Assembly: GCA_050249235.1 (NCBI GenBank)
Contig: JBFWQW010000008.1
Coordinates: forward strand, 1 to 57,853
Source: Acidimicrobiia bacterium
GTDB lineage: Bacteria; Actinomycetota; Acidimicrobiia; Acidimicrobiales; CADCSY01
Length of the DNA stretch: 57,853 bases
Direction: 5' to 3'
Part shown: positions 8,096 to 17,147 of the stretch, in pieces
How positions within the stretch are numbered: position 1 is the first letter of the stretch
Layout of the letters: every line of letters starts with the position of its first letter
Notes under the pieces: generated by a model
The model's input: the letters and a program-made list of their open reading frames with translations, nothing else
The model's database searches: none
Told to the model about the DNA's origin: nothing
Position numbers and translations under genes: made by a program

Positions 8096-11071
8096 ATGGC
8101 CCGGTCCGATGACGCCGCCGCCGTCGTGGCCCGGGAGCTGGCCCGGCTGGGCGCCGAGCAGCGGGCCGGCCTGTTCCACCTGTCGTGGTGGTCGGACCGC
8201 CTGCTGGGGCTGGCCATGGACGACCCCGCCTTCCGGAACCGGCTCCTCCGCTTCGTCGACGTCTACCCGGCCACGGCCGGACCCGACGACGTGGTCGAGC
8301 ACCTCGACGAGTACCTGGGCGGGCGGACCACGCCGCTGGCGGTCCGCGCCCTCGTCGGGCTGGCCGGCGCGGTGCCGGTGCTCGGGCCCCGCGCCGCCGA
8401 CGCCGTCGCCCGCCGGATGATCGAGCGCCTGGCCCGGCAGTTCATCGTCGGCCCCGACCCGGCTGGCGCCCTTCCCACCCTGCGGCGGCTGTGGGAGGAC
8501 GGCGTCGCCGCCACCGTCGACCTGCTCGGCGAGAAGACGGTGGTGTCGGCCGAGGCCGATCGCTACGCGGCCCGGGTGGCCTCGACGATGGATGCGCTGC
8601 TCGTCGAGGCTGACCGGTGGCCGGCCCGCCCGCTCCTCGAGGCAGACGACCTCGGCGCCCTGCCCCGGGTCAACCTGTCGGTGAAGGCCACGGCGCTGGC
8701 CCCGCACCTGGCGCCCCTCACCGCCGGAGCCGGGCTCGACGAGGCCGCCGGCCGGCTCCGGCCGCTGCTCGTGGAGGCCCGTGACCGCGGCGCGTTCGTG
8801 TACCTCGACGCCGAGCACCACGCCGTCCGCGACCTGACCTTCGAGCTCGCCCGGCGGGTGCTCGGTGGTGACGACCTCCGGTCGGTGCCGGCCGGCATCG
8901 TGGTGCAGGCCTACCTGCGGGACTCGCTCGACCACCTCCGGGAGATCGTCGACTGGTCGGCCGGCCGGGACGCGCCGGTCACCGTCCGACTCGTGAAGGG
9001 GGCGTACTGGGACGCCGAGACCGTAGAGGCCCGGGCATCGGGCTGGCCCTCGCCGGTGTTCGACCGCAAGGACGAGACCGACGCCAACTACGAGCGCTGC
9101 GTCGACGTGCTCCACGACGCCCACGGCACGGTCCGGGCCGCCTTCGGCACCCACAACCTGCGCTCCCTCGGCCACGCCATCGCCTCGGCCCGGGCCCGGG
9201 GCATCCCGGACACCGGCTACGAGCTCCAGCTCCTCCACGGGATGGCCGAGCCGGTGCAGGCCGCGCTCCGCCGGTCGGGCCACCGGCTCCGGGTCTACGC
9301 GCCCGTCGGTGAGCTGGTTCCCGGCATGGCCTACCTCGTGCGCCGGCTGCTCGAGAACACCAGCAACGACGGGTTCGTGCGGCGCTCCTTCGCAGAGCAC
9401 CGCGGCCTCGACGAGCTGCTCCGTCCACCCGGCCCGGCGCCGGCGGGCGGGCCGCCACCGCTGCCCTCCCACCCGGCCACCGATCCCGGGCGACCGGCGC
9501 CGTACGAGCCGGAGCCGCCGGCGGCCTGGCACCGGCAGGAGGTGCGGGCCGCGATGGCCACCGCCGTCGCGGCGGCGCGGGCGGCACCGCCGCTCGAGGT
9601 CCGGGCCCTGATCGCCGGACGCTGGGAGTGGGGTGAGCCGGGCGAGCCGGGCGACGTCTCGACCGACCCCGCCGACCCCGGCCGGGTGGTGGCGACGGTG
9701 GCCTCCTGCACCGGCCGCGACGCCGACCGGGCGATCGCCGTCGCGGCGGCGTCCTTCCCGGCCTGGTCGTCGGTCCCCGCCCGGCAGCGAGCGGCCGTGC
9801 TGTTCCGGGCGGCCGAGCACCTGCGGCGGGACCGGCCCCGCCTGGCCGCGCTCGAGGTGGTGGAGGCGGGCAAGCCGTGGGACGAAGCCGACGCCGACGT
9901 CGCCGAGGCCATCGACTTCTGCGAGTACTACGGGCGGGAGGCCCTCCGGCTCGACCGGGGAGGCACGGTCTCGTCGCCCCCGGGCGAGGACAACACGCTG
10001 CGCTACCGGGGCAGGGGCGTGGCCGTGGTGATCTCGCCCTGGAACTTCCCGCTGGCCATCCCGACCGGCATGACCGCGGCCGCCCTCGTCGCCGGCAACA
10101 CCGTGATCCTCAAGCCGGCCGAGCAGAGCCCCGCCCTGGCGGCCGAGCTGGTGGCCGCGCTGGTGGCCGCCGGCGCGCCGCCCGGGGCGATCCAGCTGCT
10201 CCCCGGCGCCGGCGAGGTGGTCGGCGCCCGGCTGGTGGAGCACCCGGGGGTGGCCCTGGTGGCCTTCACCGGCTCCCGCCAGGTCGGCCTCGAGATCAAC
10301 CGGACGGCGGCCGTGCACCGCCCGGGGCAGCGGGCCGTCAAGCGGGTCGTCGTCGAGCTGGGCGGCAAGAACGCCATCGTCGTCGACGACGACGCCGACC
10401 TCGACGTGGCCGTGCCCGACATCGTCCGATCGGCCTTCGGCTACAGCGGCCAGAAGTGCTCGGCCTGCTCCCGGCTCATCCTCCTCGACCGGGTGCACGA
10501 CGCCGTCGTCGAGCGGGTGGTGGCGGCCACGGCCGCCCTTCGCATCGGTCCCCCGACGGCGATGGGGACGCAGGTCGGCCCGCTGATCGACGCCGAGGCG
10601 AGGGACCGGGTGCGGGCCTACGTCGAGCTGGCCGCCCGGGAGGGCGAGCTCCTGCTCCGGCGCGACGACGTGCCGGCCTCCGGCTGGTACGTCGGGCCCG
10701 CCATCGTGGCCGGGCTCGATCCCCGCACCAGCCGGGTGGCGAACGAGGAGGTCTTCGGGCCCCTCCTCGCGGTCTTCAGGGTGGCCGATCTCGACGAGGC
10801 CGTGGCCCTGGCCAACGCCACGGACTACGCGCTCACCGCCGGCGTCCACACCCGCTCGCCCGGGACCGTGCGGCGGCTCTCGGCCGAGCTGCGGGCCGGC
10901 AACATCTACGTGAACCGGCCCACCACGGGCGCCGTCGTCGGGCGCCAGCCCTTCGGCGGCTTCGGCCTCTCGGGCGTGGGCTCGAAGGCGGGCGGACCCG
11001 ACTACCTGCTCCAGTTCCTCGACCCCGTGACCGTCACCGAGAACACCCTGCGCCAGGGGGTAGTGGGATGA
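8096..11071 (+). CDS. putA: Bifunctional proline dehydrogenase / L-glutamate gamma-semialdehyde dehydrogenase
   Basis: VDLLGE, VRLVKGAYWD, MAYLVRRLLEN, SPWNFP, ELGGKNA, GQKCSA, EEVFGP, QPFGG. Confidence 0.94.
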   Translation: MARSDDAAAVVARELARLGAEQRAGLFHLSWWSDRLLGLAMDDPAFRNRLLRFVDVYPATAGPDDVVEHLDEYLGGRTTPLAVRALVGLAGAVPVLGPRAADAVARRMIERLARQFIVGPDPAGALPTLRRLWEDGVAATVDLLGEKTVVSAEADRYAARVASTMDALLVEADRWPARPLLEADDLGALPRVNLSVKATALAPHLAPLTAGAGLDEAAGRLRPLLVEARDRGAFVYLDAEHHAVRDLTFELARRVLGGDDLRSVPAGIVVQAYLRDSLDHLREIVDWSAGRDAPVTVRLVKGAYWDAETVEARASGWPSPVFDRKDETDANYERCVDVLHDAHGTVRAAFGTHNLRSLGHAIASARARGIPDTGYELQLLHGMAEPVQAALRRSGHRLRVYAPVGELVPGMAYLVRRLLENTSNDGFVRRSFAEHRGLDELLRPPGPAPAGGPPPLPSHPATDPGRPAPYEPEPPAAWHRQEVRAAMATAVAAARAAPPLEVRALIAGRWEWGEPGEPGDVSTDPADPGRVVATVASCTGRDADRAIAVAAASFPAWSSVPARQRAAVLFRAAEHLRRDRPRLAALEVVEAGKPWDEADADVAEAIDFCEYYGREALRLDRGGTVSSPPGEDNTLRYRGRGVAVVISPWNFPLAIPTGMTAAALVAGNTVILKPAEQSPALAAELVAALVAAGAPPGAIQLLPGAGEVVGARLVEHPGVALVAFTGSRQVGLEINRTAAVHRPGQRAVKRVVVELGGKNAIVVDDDADLDVAVPDIVRSAFGYSGQKCSACSRLILLDRVHDAVVERVVAATAALRIGPPTAMGTQVGPLIDAEARDRVRAYVELAAREGELLLRRDDVPASGWYVGPAIVAGLDPRTSRVANEEVFGPLLAVFRVADLDEAVALANATDYALTAGVHTRSPGTVRRLSAELRAGNIYVNRPTTGAVVGRQPFGGFGLSGVGSKAGGPDYLLQFLDPVTVTENTLRQGVVG

Positions 11072-11078
11072 AGGGGGG

Positions 11079-12740
11079 TCAGGCGCCCATCACCTGGTCG
11101 AGGAGGTCGAGGGGGAGGGCGCCGTGGCGAAGGACGTCGTCGTGGAAGGCGCGGAGGTCGAAGGCGTCGCCCGCCGCCGCGGCCCGCTCCCGCCGCAGCC
11201 GCTGGAGGTGGAGCTCGCCGACCTTGTAGGCGAGCGCCTGGCCCGGCCACACGATGTAGCGGTCGACCTCGACGACGATCTCGTGCCTCGGGCTCACGGA
11301 GTGGGCCGCGAAGAAGTCGATGGCCTGGTCGCGTGACCAGCCCAGGGCGTGGAGCCCGGTGTCGAGGACGAGCCGGCAGGCCCGCATCATCTCGGCGTCG
11401 AGGGCGCCGAAGCGCTGGTAGGGGTCGGCGTAGAGGCCGAGCTCGGGGCCGAGGCTCTCGCAGTACAGGCCCCAGCCCTCCACGTAGGCGGTGCAGGCCA
11501 GCGACTGCTGGCGGAAGCGGGGGAGCCCCTCGGTCTCCTGGGCCAGGGTGAGCTGGAAGTGGTGGCCGGGCACGGCTTCGTGGAGGCAGATCGACTCCAT
11601 GTTCCACGCCGGCCGGGTGGGCAGGTCGTACGTGTTGGCGTAGAACATGCCCGGCCGGCCCAGCTCGACGGAGCCGGGCAGGTAATACGCGGCCGGCTGG
11701 GAGGGCGCCTGGTCGGCCGGGACGGCGGTGATGCCGAAGGGCAGGCGGGGGAGGCGCCCGAAGAGCCGGGGCACGCCCGGGTCGATGCGCTTGGCGATGT
11801 CGCGGTAGGCCGCCAGCAGGGCCTCGTCGGTGGCGAACCGGAACCGCTCGTCGGTGGCGAGGAAGGTGGCGAAGGCGGCCCGGTCGCCGTGGAACCCGGT
11901 CGAGGCCATCACGTCGTCCATGGCGGCGTCGATGCGGGCCACCTCGGCCAACCCGGTCTCGTGGATCTCCTCGGGCGAGAGGGTCGTGGTCGTGTGGGCC
12001 CGGACCCGCTCGGCGTACCAATCGGAGCCGTCGGGCAGGTCGCGCAGGCCGACGGTGTCGCGGCAGTCCGGGAGGTAGGTGTCGACGAGGTAACCGCGCA
12101 GCCGGGCGTAGGCGGGTGCCACCCGCTCCCGCACCAGGGCGGCGGCCTCGGCCCGGACCTCGTCGGGCGTGCCGTCGAAGGCGAGCAGCAGCGGGTTGGC
12201 ACCGGGCTCGCCGCCGAGCAGGGCGTCGAGCTGGCCCGGCACCTCGCGGAGGCAGATCCGGGGCGGCGTGAGGCCGCGGGCCAGGCCCTGCACGAGCAGC
12301 TCGATGCTCTGGTCGACGAGGTCGGGCAGCCGGCGGAGGCGGGCGAGGAGGTCGTCGTGGTGCCTCACCGTGTCACGGGGCATCACCGAGAGCAGGAAGG
12401 CTGGATCGAGCTGGGGCCCCTCCATCTGGTTCAGCGGCAGGTAGTCGCCCGGGAAGGCGGCCGCGGCGACCTCGGCCCGCTCGAGGTAGGCGAACATCTC
12501 CCGGCTCACCCGGTCGGTCTCGCCCAGTCGGTCGGGGTCGACGGCATCGAGGGCGTCGAGGAGGTCGCCGGCCTCGTGGCGGCGGCGCTCGACGGCGTCG
12601 ACCGACAGGTCGGTCCAGCGGTCGTGATGGTCCGGCCAGCCGGTGTAGGTGGCCAACTCCGGGTGCTCTGCCATGGTCCGGGCCCAGTCCCGCTCGAACA
12701 GCTCGTGGAGCCGCGCCCCCGCGTCGTTCTCCTCCGTCAC
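11079..12740 (-). CDS. DUF885 family protein (putative metallopeptidase)
   Basis: HEAVPGHHFQ, AYVEGWGLYCE, RACRLVLDTGLH, EVDRY..WPGQALAYKVG, FDLRAFHD. Confidence 0.92.
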   Translation of the reverse strand: MTEENDAGARLHELFERDWARTMAEHPELATYTGWPDHHDRWTDLSVDAVERRRHEAGDLLDALDAVDPDRLGETDRVSREMFAYLERAEVAAAAFPGDYLPLNQMEGPQLDPAFLLSVMPRDTVRHHDDLLARLRRLPDLVDQSIELLVQGLARGLTPPRICLREVPGQLDALLGGEPGANPLLLAFDGTPDEVRAEAAALVRERVAPAYARLRGYLVDTYLPDCRDTVGLRDLPDGSDWYAERVRAHTTTTLSPEEIHETGLAEVARIDAAMDDVMASTGFHGDRAAFATFLATDERFRFATDEALLAAYRDIAKRIDPGVPRLFGRLPRLPFGITAVPADQAPSQPAAYYLPGSVELGRPGMFYANTYDLPTRPAWNMESICLHEAVPGHHFQLTLAQETEGLPRFRQQSLACTAYVEGWGLYCESLGPELGLYADPYQRFGALDAEMMRACRLVLDTGLHALGWSRDQAIDFFAAHSVSPRHEIVVEVDRYIVWPGQALAYKVGELHLQRLRRERAAAAGDAFDLRAFHDDVLRHGALPLDLLDQVMGA

Positions 12741-12756
12741 CGCCGCTCCTCCCCGC

Positions 12757-13437
12757 TCACGTCTCGTCGCCCAGGTTGCGTTCGATCTCGGCCTCGGCCT
12801 CGGCCGGGGTGTCGAGGGTGCCCCGCCGGCGGCCGAGGACGGTCTGGGCCACGGCGATGGCCACGGTCACCCCGACGAGGCGCCACTGGTAGCGCTGGAT
12901 CCAGTCGAGCACGCCCTCGAGCTCGTCCCGGAAGGCGTCGCCGGCGATCCAGAACACCGTCAGGCGCCCGATGGTGCCGAGCACGTTCATGGCCCAGAAC
13001 AGCCGGACCTTCATGCCGCTGGCGCCGGCCAGCAGGCACATGTTGCCGCTCGGCGCCAGCAGGACGACCAGCGGCGCGGCCCGGCCGAACCACTTCTCGA
13101 CCCGCCGGATCACCGGTCCCATGGTCCCGGCGTTGTCGTCCGCCCAGCGCAGGGCGGCCTCGCCGTACTGGCGGCCGAGGACGAAGTACAGCGGGTCGGT
13201 GAGCAGGAGGCGGATGAAGCCGACGAGGAAGAACGAGGTGGCGTCGAGCTGGGGCGCGACCAGGAGCAGGTAGCGGTTGCGGGGGTTGAGGAAGAGCTGG
13301 AGGAGGGGGTGCTCGGTGACGAGCTTCGGTCCCAGGGCGTCGGCCACGAGCCCGGCCACCGACATCACCGCGATCGGCGTGATGAGCCACGGGAGCGGGA
13401 TGCGGCGGGGAGCCACCTCCCCGGTCGGCCCCTCCAT
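12757..13437 (-). CDS. Integral membrane protein (DedA/VTT-like)
   Basis: Several hydrophobic segments, DPLYFVLGRQYG and LLAGASGM...FWAMN pattern; ATG 7 nt after -10 TACCCT (13445-13450 on minus strand). Confidence 0.7.
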   Translation of the reverse strand: MEGPTGEVAPRRIPLPWLITPIAVMSVAGLVADALGPKLVTEHPLLQLFLNPRNRYLLLVAPQLDATSFFLVGFIRLLLTDPLYFVLGRQYGEAALRWADDNAGTMGPVIRRVEKWFGRAAPLVVLLAPSGNMCLLAGASGMKVRLFWAMNVLGTIGRLTVFWIAGDAFRDELEGVLDWIQRYQWRLVGVTVAIAVAQTVLGRRRGTLDTPAEAEAEIERNLGDET

Positions 13438-13601
13438 CGGCGGGAGGGTAGCGGGGGAGGTCACCCGCCCCCCTGGCGCGCCTGCCCTCGCCGCTCGTCG
13501 CCGCCGAGCCCCGGGCGAGGTGCCGCGCCTCGGTCGGCCGCGTTCGGCCACGGCGGCGGGGCGCTTCCCCTCTCCGGCAGCGGATGTGGGACCATCGGCC
13601 G

Positions 13602-14813
13602 GTGACCGGCAGCGGGCCCGACGGGGGGGCGCTCGACGGCGGTGACCGCAGCCGCCTGTCGGATGTCCTGTCGGTGGTGAACCGGGACGACCCGGGCCGG
13701 GGGGAGCACCAGGTGCAGGCGCTGGTCGAGGCCCGGTTCACCCGGGACTACCGCAAGGGCGTCAGGCCGCAGCTCCGGCGCCTCTACGAGAAGGCCAAGC
13801 ACAGCCAGTGGGACGCCGAGACGGACCTGCCGTGGCACCTCGACATCGACGTCGAGGCCGTGACGCGGAGCAACGCCGCCGCCCGGCCATTCACCGGGGC
13901 CGGCATCGACCTGGCCGGCACCCCGTTCGAGCGCTGGACCGAGGTCGAGTGGCACCGCTACGGGCGGGAGAGCCACGCCTGGATGCTCTCGCAGTTCCTC
14001 CACGGGGAGCAGGGAGCGCTGGTGTGCACGGCCCGCATCGTGGAGACCGTGCCGTGGGCCGACGCGAAGTACTACGCCGCCACCCAGGTGATGGACGAGG
14101 CCCGCCACGTCGAGGTCTTCTCGAAGTACCTGGAGAAGATCGGCGGCGCCTACCCGGTGAACACCCACCTGGAGCTGCTGCTCGACGACATCGTGCGGGA
14201 CAGCCGCTGGGACGTCACCTACCTCGGCATGCAGATCATGGTCGAGGGCCTCGCGCTGGCCGCCTTCGGCTTCATGCAGCAGCTCACCACCGAGCCCCTC
14301 CTCAAGCAGCTCCTCCACCGGGTGATGGCCGACGAGGCTCGCCACGTGGCCTTCGGGGTGCTCACGCTCCAGGAGCTGTACCGGTCGCTCTCGGCCGGCG
14401 AGATCAGGGAGCGACAGGAGTTCGCCTTCGAGGCCGCCCTGCGCATGCGCGACCGCTTCCTCCAGCAGGAGGTGTGGGCCCGCCTGGGCATCGACGTCGC
14501 CGCCGCCACGACCCTCCTCTCGCAGTCCGAGGAGCGGCGGGCCTTCCAGCAACTGCTGTTCTCCAAGATCGTCCCCAACTGCAAGAAGCTCGGCCTCCTG
14601 GACGCCGGCGACGGCTGGCTGCGGACCCGGTTCGGCGAGATCGGCGTCCTGCAGTTCGAGGACTGGCCCGACACCGCCGACGAGGCCGCGGTCTTCGCGC
14701 TCGTGGCCACCGAGGCTGCGGACGGCGCCGAGGTCGACGAGGCGGGCGACGGGGGCGACGGGGGCGACGGGGGCGACGGGAGGGATGTGGACGAGGTGCA
14801 GCCGGGGGACTGA
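13602..14813 (+). CDS. Ferritin-like diiron protein (AurF/diiron oxygenase-like)
   Basis: HGEQGAL..DEARH and VEGLAL..DEARH: two E..ExxH diiron sets; acidic GDG-repeat tail; start uncertain (13584 or 13602). Confidence 0.85.
   Translation: MTGSGPDGGALDGGDRSRLSDVLSVVNRDDPGRGEHQVQALVEARFTRDYRKGVRPQLRRLYEKAKHSQWDAETDLPWHLDIDVEAVTRSNAAARPFTGAGIDLAGTPFERWTEVEWHRYGRESHAWMLSQFLHGEQGALVCTARIVETVPWADAKYYAATQVMDEARHVEVFSKYLEKIGGAYPVNTHLELLLDDIVRDSRWDVTYLGMQIMVEGLALAAFGFMQQLTTEPLLKQLLHRVMADEARHVAFGVLTLQELYRSLSAGEIRERQEFAFEAALRMRDRFLQQEVWARLGIDVAAATTLLSQSEERRAFQQLLFSKIVPNCKKLGLLDAGDGWLRTRFGEIGVLQFEDWPDTADEAAVFALVATEAADGAEVDEAGDGGDGGDGGDGRDVDEVQPGD
14745..14780 (+). repeat. (GGCGACGGG)x4 in-frame tandem repeat
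   Basis: Four exact 9-mers encoding GDG x4. Confidence 0.9.
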
Positions 14814-14841
14814 CCGGGCTGCGCCGGCTGGGCGGGGCAGG

Positions 14842-14959
14842 TGGACCCACTGGACCCACTGGACCCACTGGGCCAAGTGACCCGGCGGACCCGGCGGACC
14901 CGGCGGACCCGGCGGACCCGGCGGACCCGGCGGACCGAGCGGACCAAGCGAACCCGACG
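14842..14959 (+). repeat. 9-nt-period array: (TGGACCCAC)x3 then (GACCCGGCG)x6 plus degenerate copies
   Basis: Read directly; shared GACCC core. Confidence 0.92.
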
Positions 14960-14976
14960 CGTTCAGCCGGGTGCGC

Positions 14977-15008
14977 ACGCCGCCTACGCCGCCTACGCCG
15001 CCCACGCC
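14977..15008 (+). repeat. (ACGCCGCCT)x~3.5
   Basis: Read directly. Confidence 0.8.
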
Positions 15009-15087
15009 TTCCCCTCGCCCGGACGCCGACCGCCGCCACCAGCCCCGGTCCAATCCCAGGTCTCGACCCAGCACGCCGGGTAGCTCT

Positions 15088-15148
<61 letters not shown>

Positions 15149-15154
15149 ACCCGG

Positions 15155-16393
15155 TCACGGCGCCGGCCCCGTCCGGTCGCGGTGGGCGGCGATGGCGACC
15201 AGGTCGGTGCGCGTCTTCGCCCGGTGGTGGTGCCTGCAGCGGGGCTCGAGCAGCTCGAGCAAGGTGAGCCGGGTCGTCGCCCACGGGACCGTGTGGTCGA
15301 TCTCGAGGAAGGCCCGCTGCCCGCACCCGGGCTCGACGCAGATGAGGTCGAGCCAGCGCAGCGCGGTCCGCTGGTGGGCGGAGGGTCGGCGACCGAGGTG
15401 CGCCACGTTGACCACGTCGACGCCCCTGGTCACCACCGCCTTCAGCACCGCGTCGCCGGACTCGACCATGGCTCTGACGACGCCGACGGGCACCGAGCCG
15501 ACGCCGGGGATCTCGCACACCTCGTCCTCCGCCGGCCAGCCTCGGACCAGGGCGTCCCAGTCGACCCGGACGACCACCTCCTTCGGCACCACTCGACCAC
15601 CGCGATCGGCCTTGTCGGCCCTGTCGGCCCTGTCGGCCCTGTCGGCCCTGTCGATCGGGTCGACCGAGGCGCTGCACGGACCGGCGGCCGGCGCCGGCCC
15701 GGCGGCGCGGCGGGCCATGGCGAGGAGGGCGTCGGCCCGATGGGCCTCGGAGGGCTCCGCCCGTCCCTCGCGGTGGGCGGCTCGGAACAGCCGGTCGGCG
15801 AACCGGTCGACCACGGCGGCGATCTCGGCCACCTCGTCGGGCGTCGACCGGTACTGGAGCTCGGCCGCCCCGTCGCCGCTCGACCGCGTCCGTAGGAACC
15901 GGGCCGCGTGGACGCGCCGGTACGTGGCCTCGGCGTCCCGGTCGGCGGCCGCCTTCGTGCGACCGCAGCGCTCCCGCAGCTCGGACAGCGACTCCCGGGC
16001 GGCGGCATCCACCAGCGCCCGCTGGGCGGCCGGCGCCACCGCGGCGGCGTCGGCCACCACGTGGGCCTGCGGCGCCGAGAGCACACCGGCCGTCACGGCC
16101 GCCTCGACCTCGGGCAGCGCCGGGAGCGCCCGGGACGCCTCGAGCACACCCCGGGCCTGGCCGACCGACGTGCCGGCCAGGAGGGCGAGGTGATCCGCCG
16201 CCGAGCGTCGCCCGGCCCGCCGCCACGTCCCCGCTTCCTCGACCCGGGCCGCCAGCCGGAGCTTGGCCCCGGCCGCCAGCCGCTCGACCTCGTCGAGCTG
16301 GCGCCAGGCCGCCTCGGCGCCCGGCAGGGGGACGGCGCCCGGCTCGAGCGCGGTCACGGCCTTCCGCACGACCTCGACGACGCTGGCGAACAT
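15155..16393 (-). CDS. DUF222 (13E12/REP13E12-like) protein with C-terminal HNH/zinc-finger domain
   Basis: MF- start, Ala-rich helical N-part, RADALLAM, VVVRVD..AL, CEIPGVGSVP, C..PGC...EIDH.VPW...CRHHH..KT; internal (ADR)x5 repeat at 15606-15653. Confidence 0.88.
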   Translation of the reverse strand: MFASVVEVVRKAVTALEPGAVPLPGAEAAWRQLDEVERLAAGAKLRLAARVEEAGTWRRAGRRSAADHLALLAGTSVGQARGVLEASRALPALPEVEAAVTAGVLSAPQAHVVADAAAVAPAAQRALVDAAARESLSELRERCGRTKAAADRDAEATYRRVHAARFLRTRSSGDGAAELQYRSTPDEVAEIAAVVDRFADRLFRAAHREGRAEPSEAHRADALLAMARRAAGPAPAAGPCSASVDPIDRADRADRADRADKADRGGRVVPKEVVVRVDWDALVRGWPAEDEVCEIPGVGSVPVGVVRAMVESGDAVLKAVVTRGVDVVNVAHLGRRPSAHQRTALRWLDLICVEPGCGQRAFLEIDHTVPWATTRLTLLELLEPRCRHHHRAKTRTDLVAIAAHRDRTGPAP

Positions 16394-16422
16394 GTGTTCG
16401 ATGATATCGGGCCCGGGTGACG
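16387..16422 (-). promoter_or_regulatory. LexA box over the DUF222 start codon plus leaderless promoter
   Basis: CGAAC-ATGT-GTTCG 16387-16400; minus strand reads CGTCAC-N10-TATCAT-7nt-ATG. Confidence 0.85.
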
Positions 16423-16574
16423 GTCGCTACCGATGAGTAGTGGCGCTGCGGGACCCGCGCCGTCCGGCCACATCGACGGACCACCCCGACATCGATCGAG
16501 GGACCACCGAGTGGGATGGCCTGACAGCGGGAACGCGGTCGGGCCCGGAAGGGACGACGGCGTACGCTCGCGGG

Positions 16575-17147
16575 GTGGCACGACCGTCCGATCCCGGCTT
16601 CCTCGTGCTGCACGAGCTGCGGGTGAAGGGGATCGCCCCGCTCATGGGTCACGACCCGGTCGCGGTGCAGGCCCAGGCCACGGCCGGGCTGATCGGGCGC
16701 CGGGAGGGGATCGTGGCCGGCTGGCGCCTGACGCCGGCCGGGCGCCTCGCCCACGAGCGGGCCGTCGCCGCCGACGTGGCCGGGCTCGAGGACGGGCTCA
16801 CCGAGGGCTACCGGCGGTTCCTCGCCCTCAACCCGGCCCTGCTCTCGCTCTGCACCGCCTGGCAGCGCAGCGGCGAGCGGGCGACGGTGGTCGACGGGCT
16901 CGACGGCCTGCACCGGGCGGCCGCACCGGTACTCGACGGGCTGGCCCGGCTGCTCGAGCGCTATGGGGCCTACCGCGACCGCCTCGCCGAGGCCCGGACC
17001 CGGGTGCGGGCGGGCGAGCTCGACTACGTGGCCCGGCCCCTGGTCGACAGCTACCACACGGTCTGGTCGGAGCTGCACGAGGACCTGCTGGCCAGCCTGG
17101 GCATCGCCCGGAGCAGCGAGCCGGTCGTGGAGACGGAGGTCGCCTGA
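16575..17147 (+). CDS. Winged-helix/MarR-like conserved protein (DSYHTVWxELHEDLL family)
   Basis: LVLHELRVKG..WRLTPAG wHTH-like N-terminus, C-terminal DSYHTVWSELHEDLL; GTG 6 nt after TACGCT; stop overlaps dapA ATG. Confidence 0.75.
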   Translation: MARPSDPGFLVLHELRVKGIAPLMGHDPVAVQAQATAGLIGRREGIVAGWRLTPAGRLAHERAVAADVAGLEDGLTEGYRRFLALNPALLSLCTAWQRSGERATVVDGLDGLHRAAAPVLDGLARLLERYGAYRDRLAEARTRVRAGELDYVARPLVDSYHTVWSELHEDLLASLGIARSSEPVVETEVA

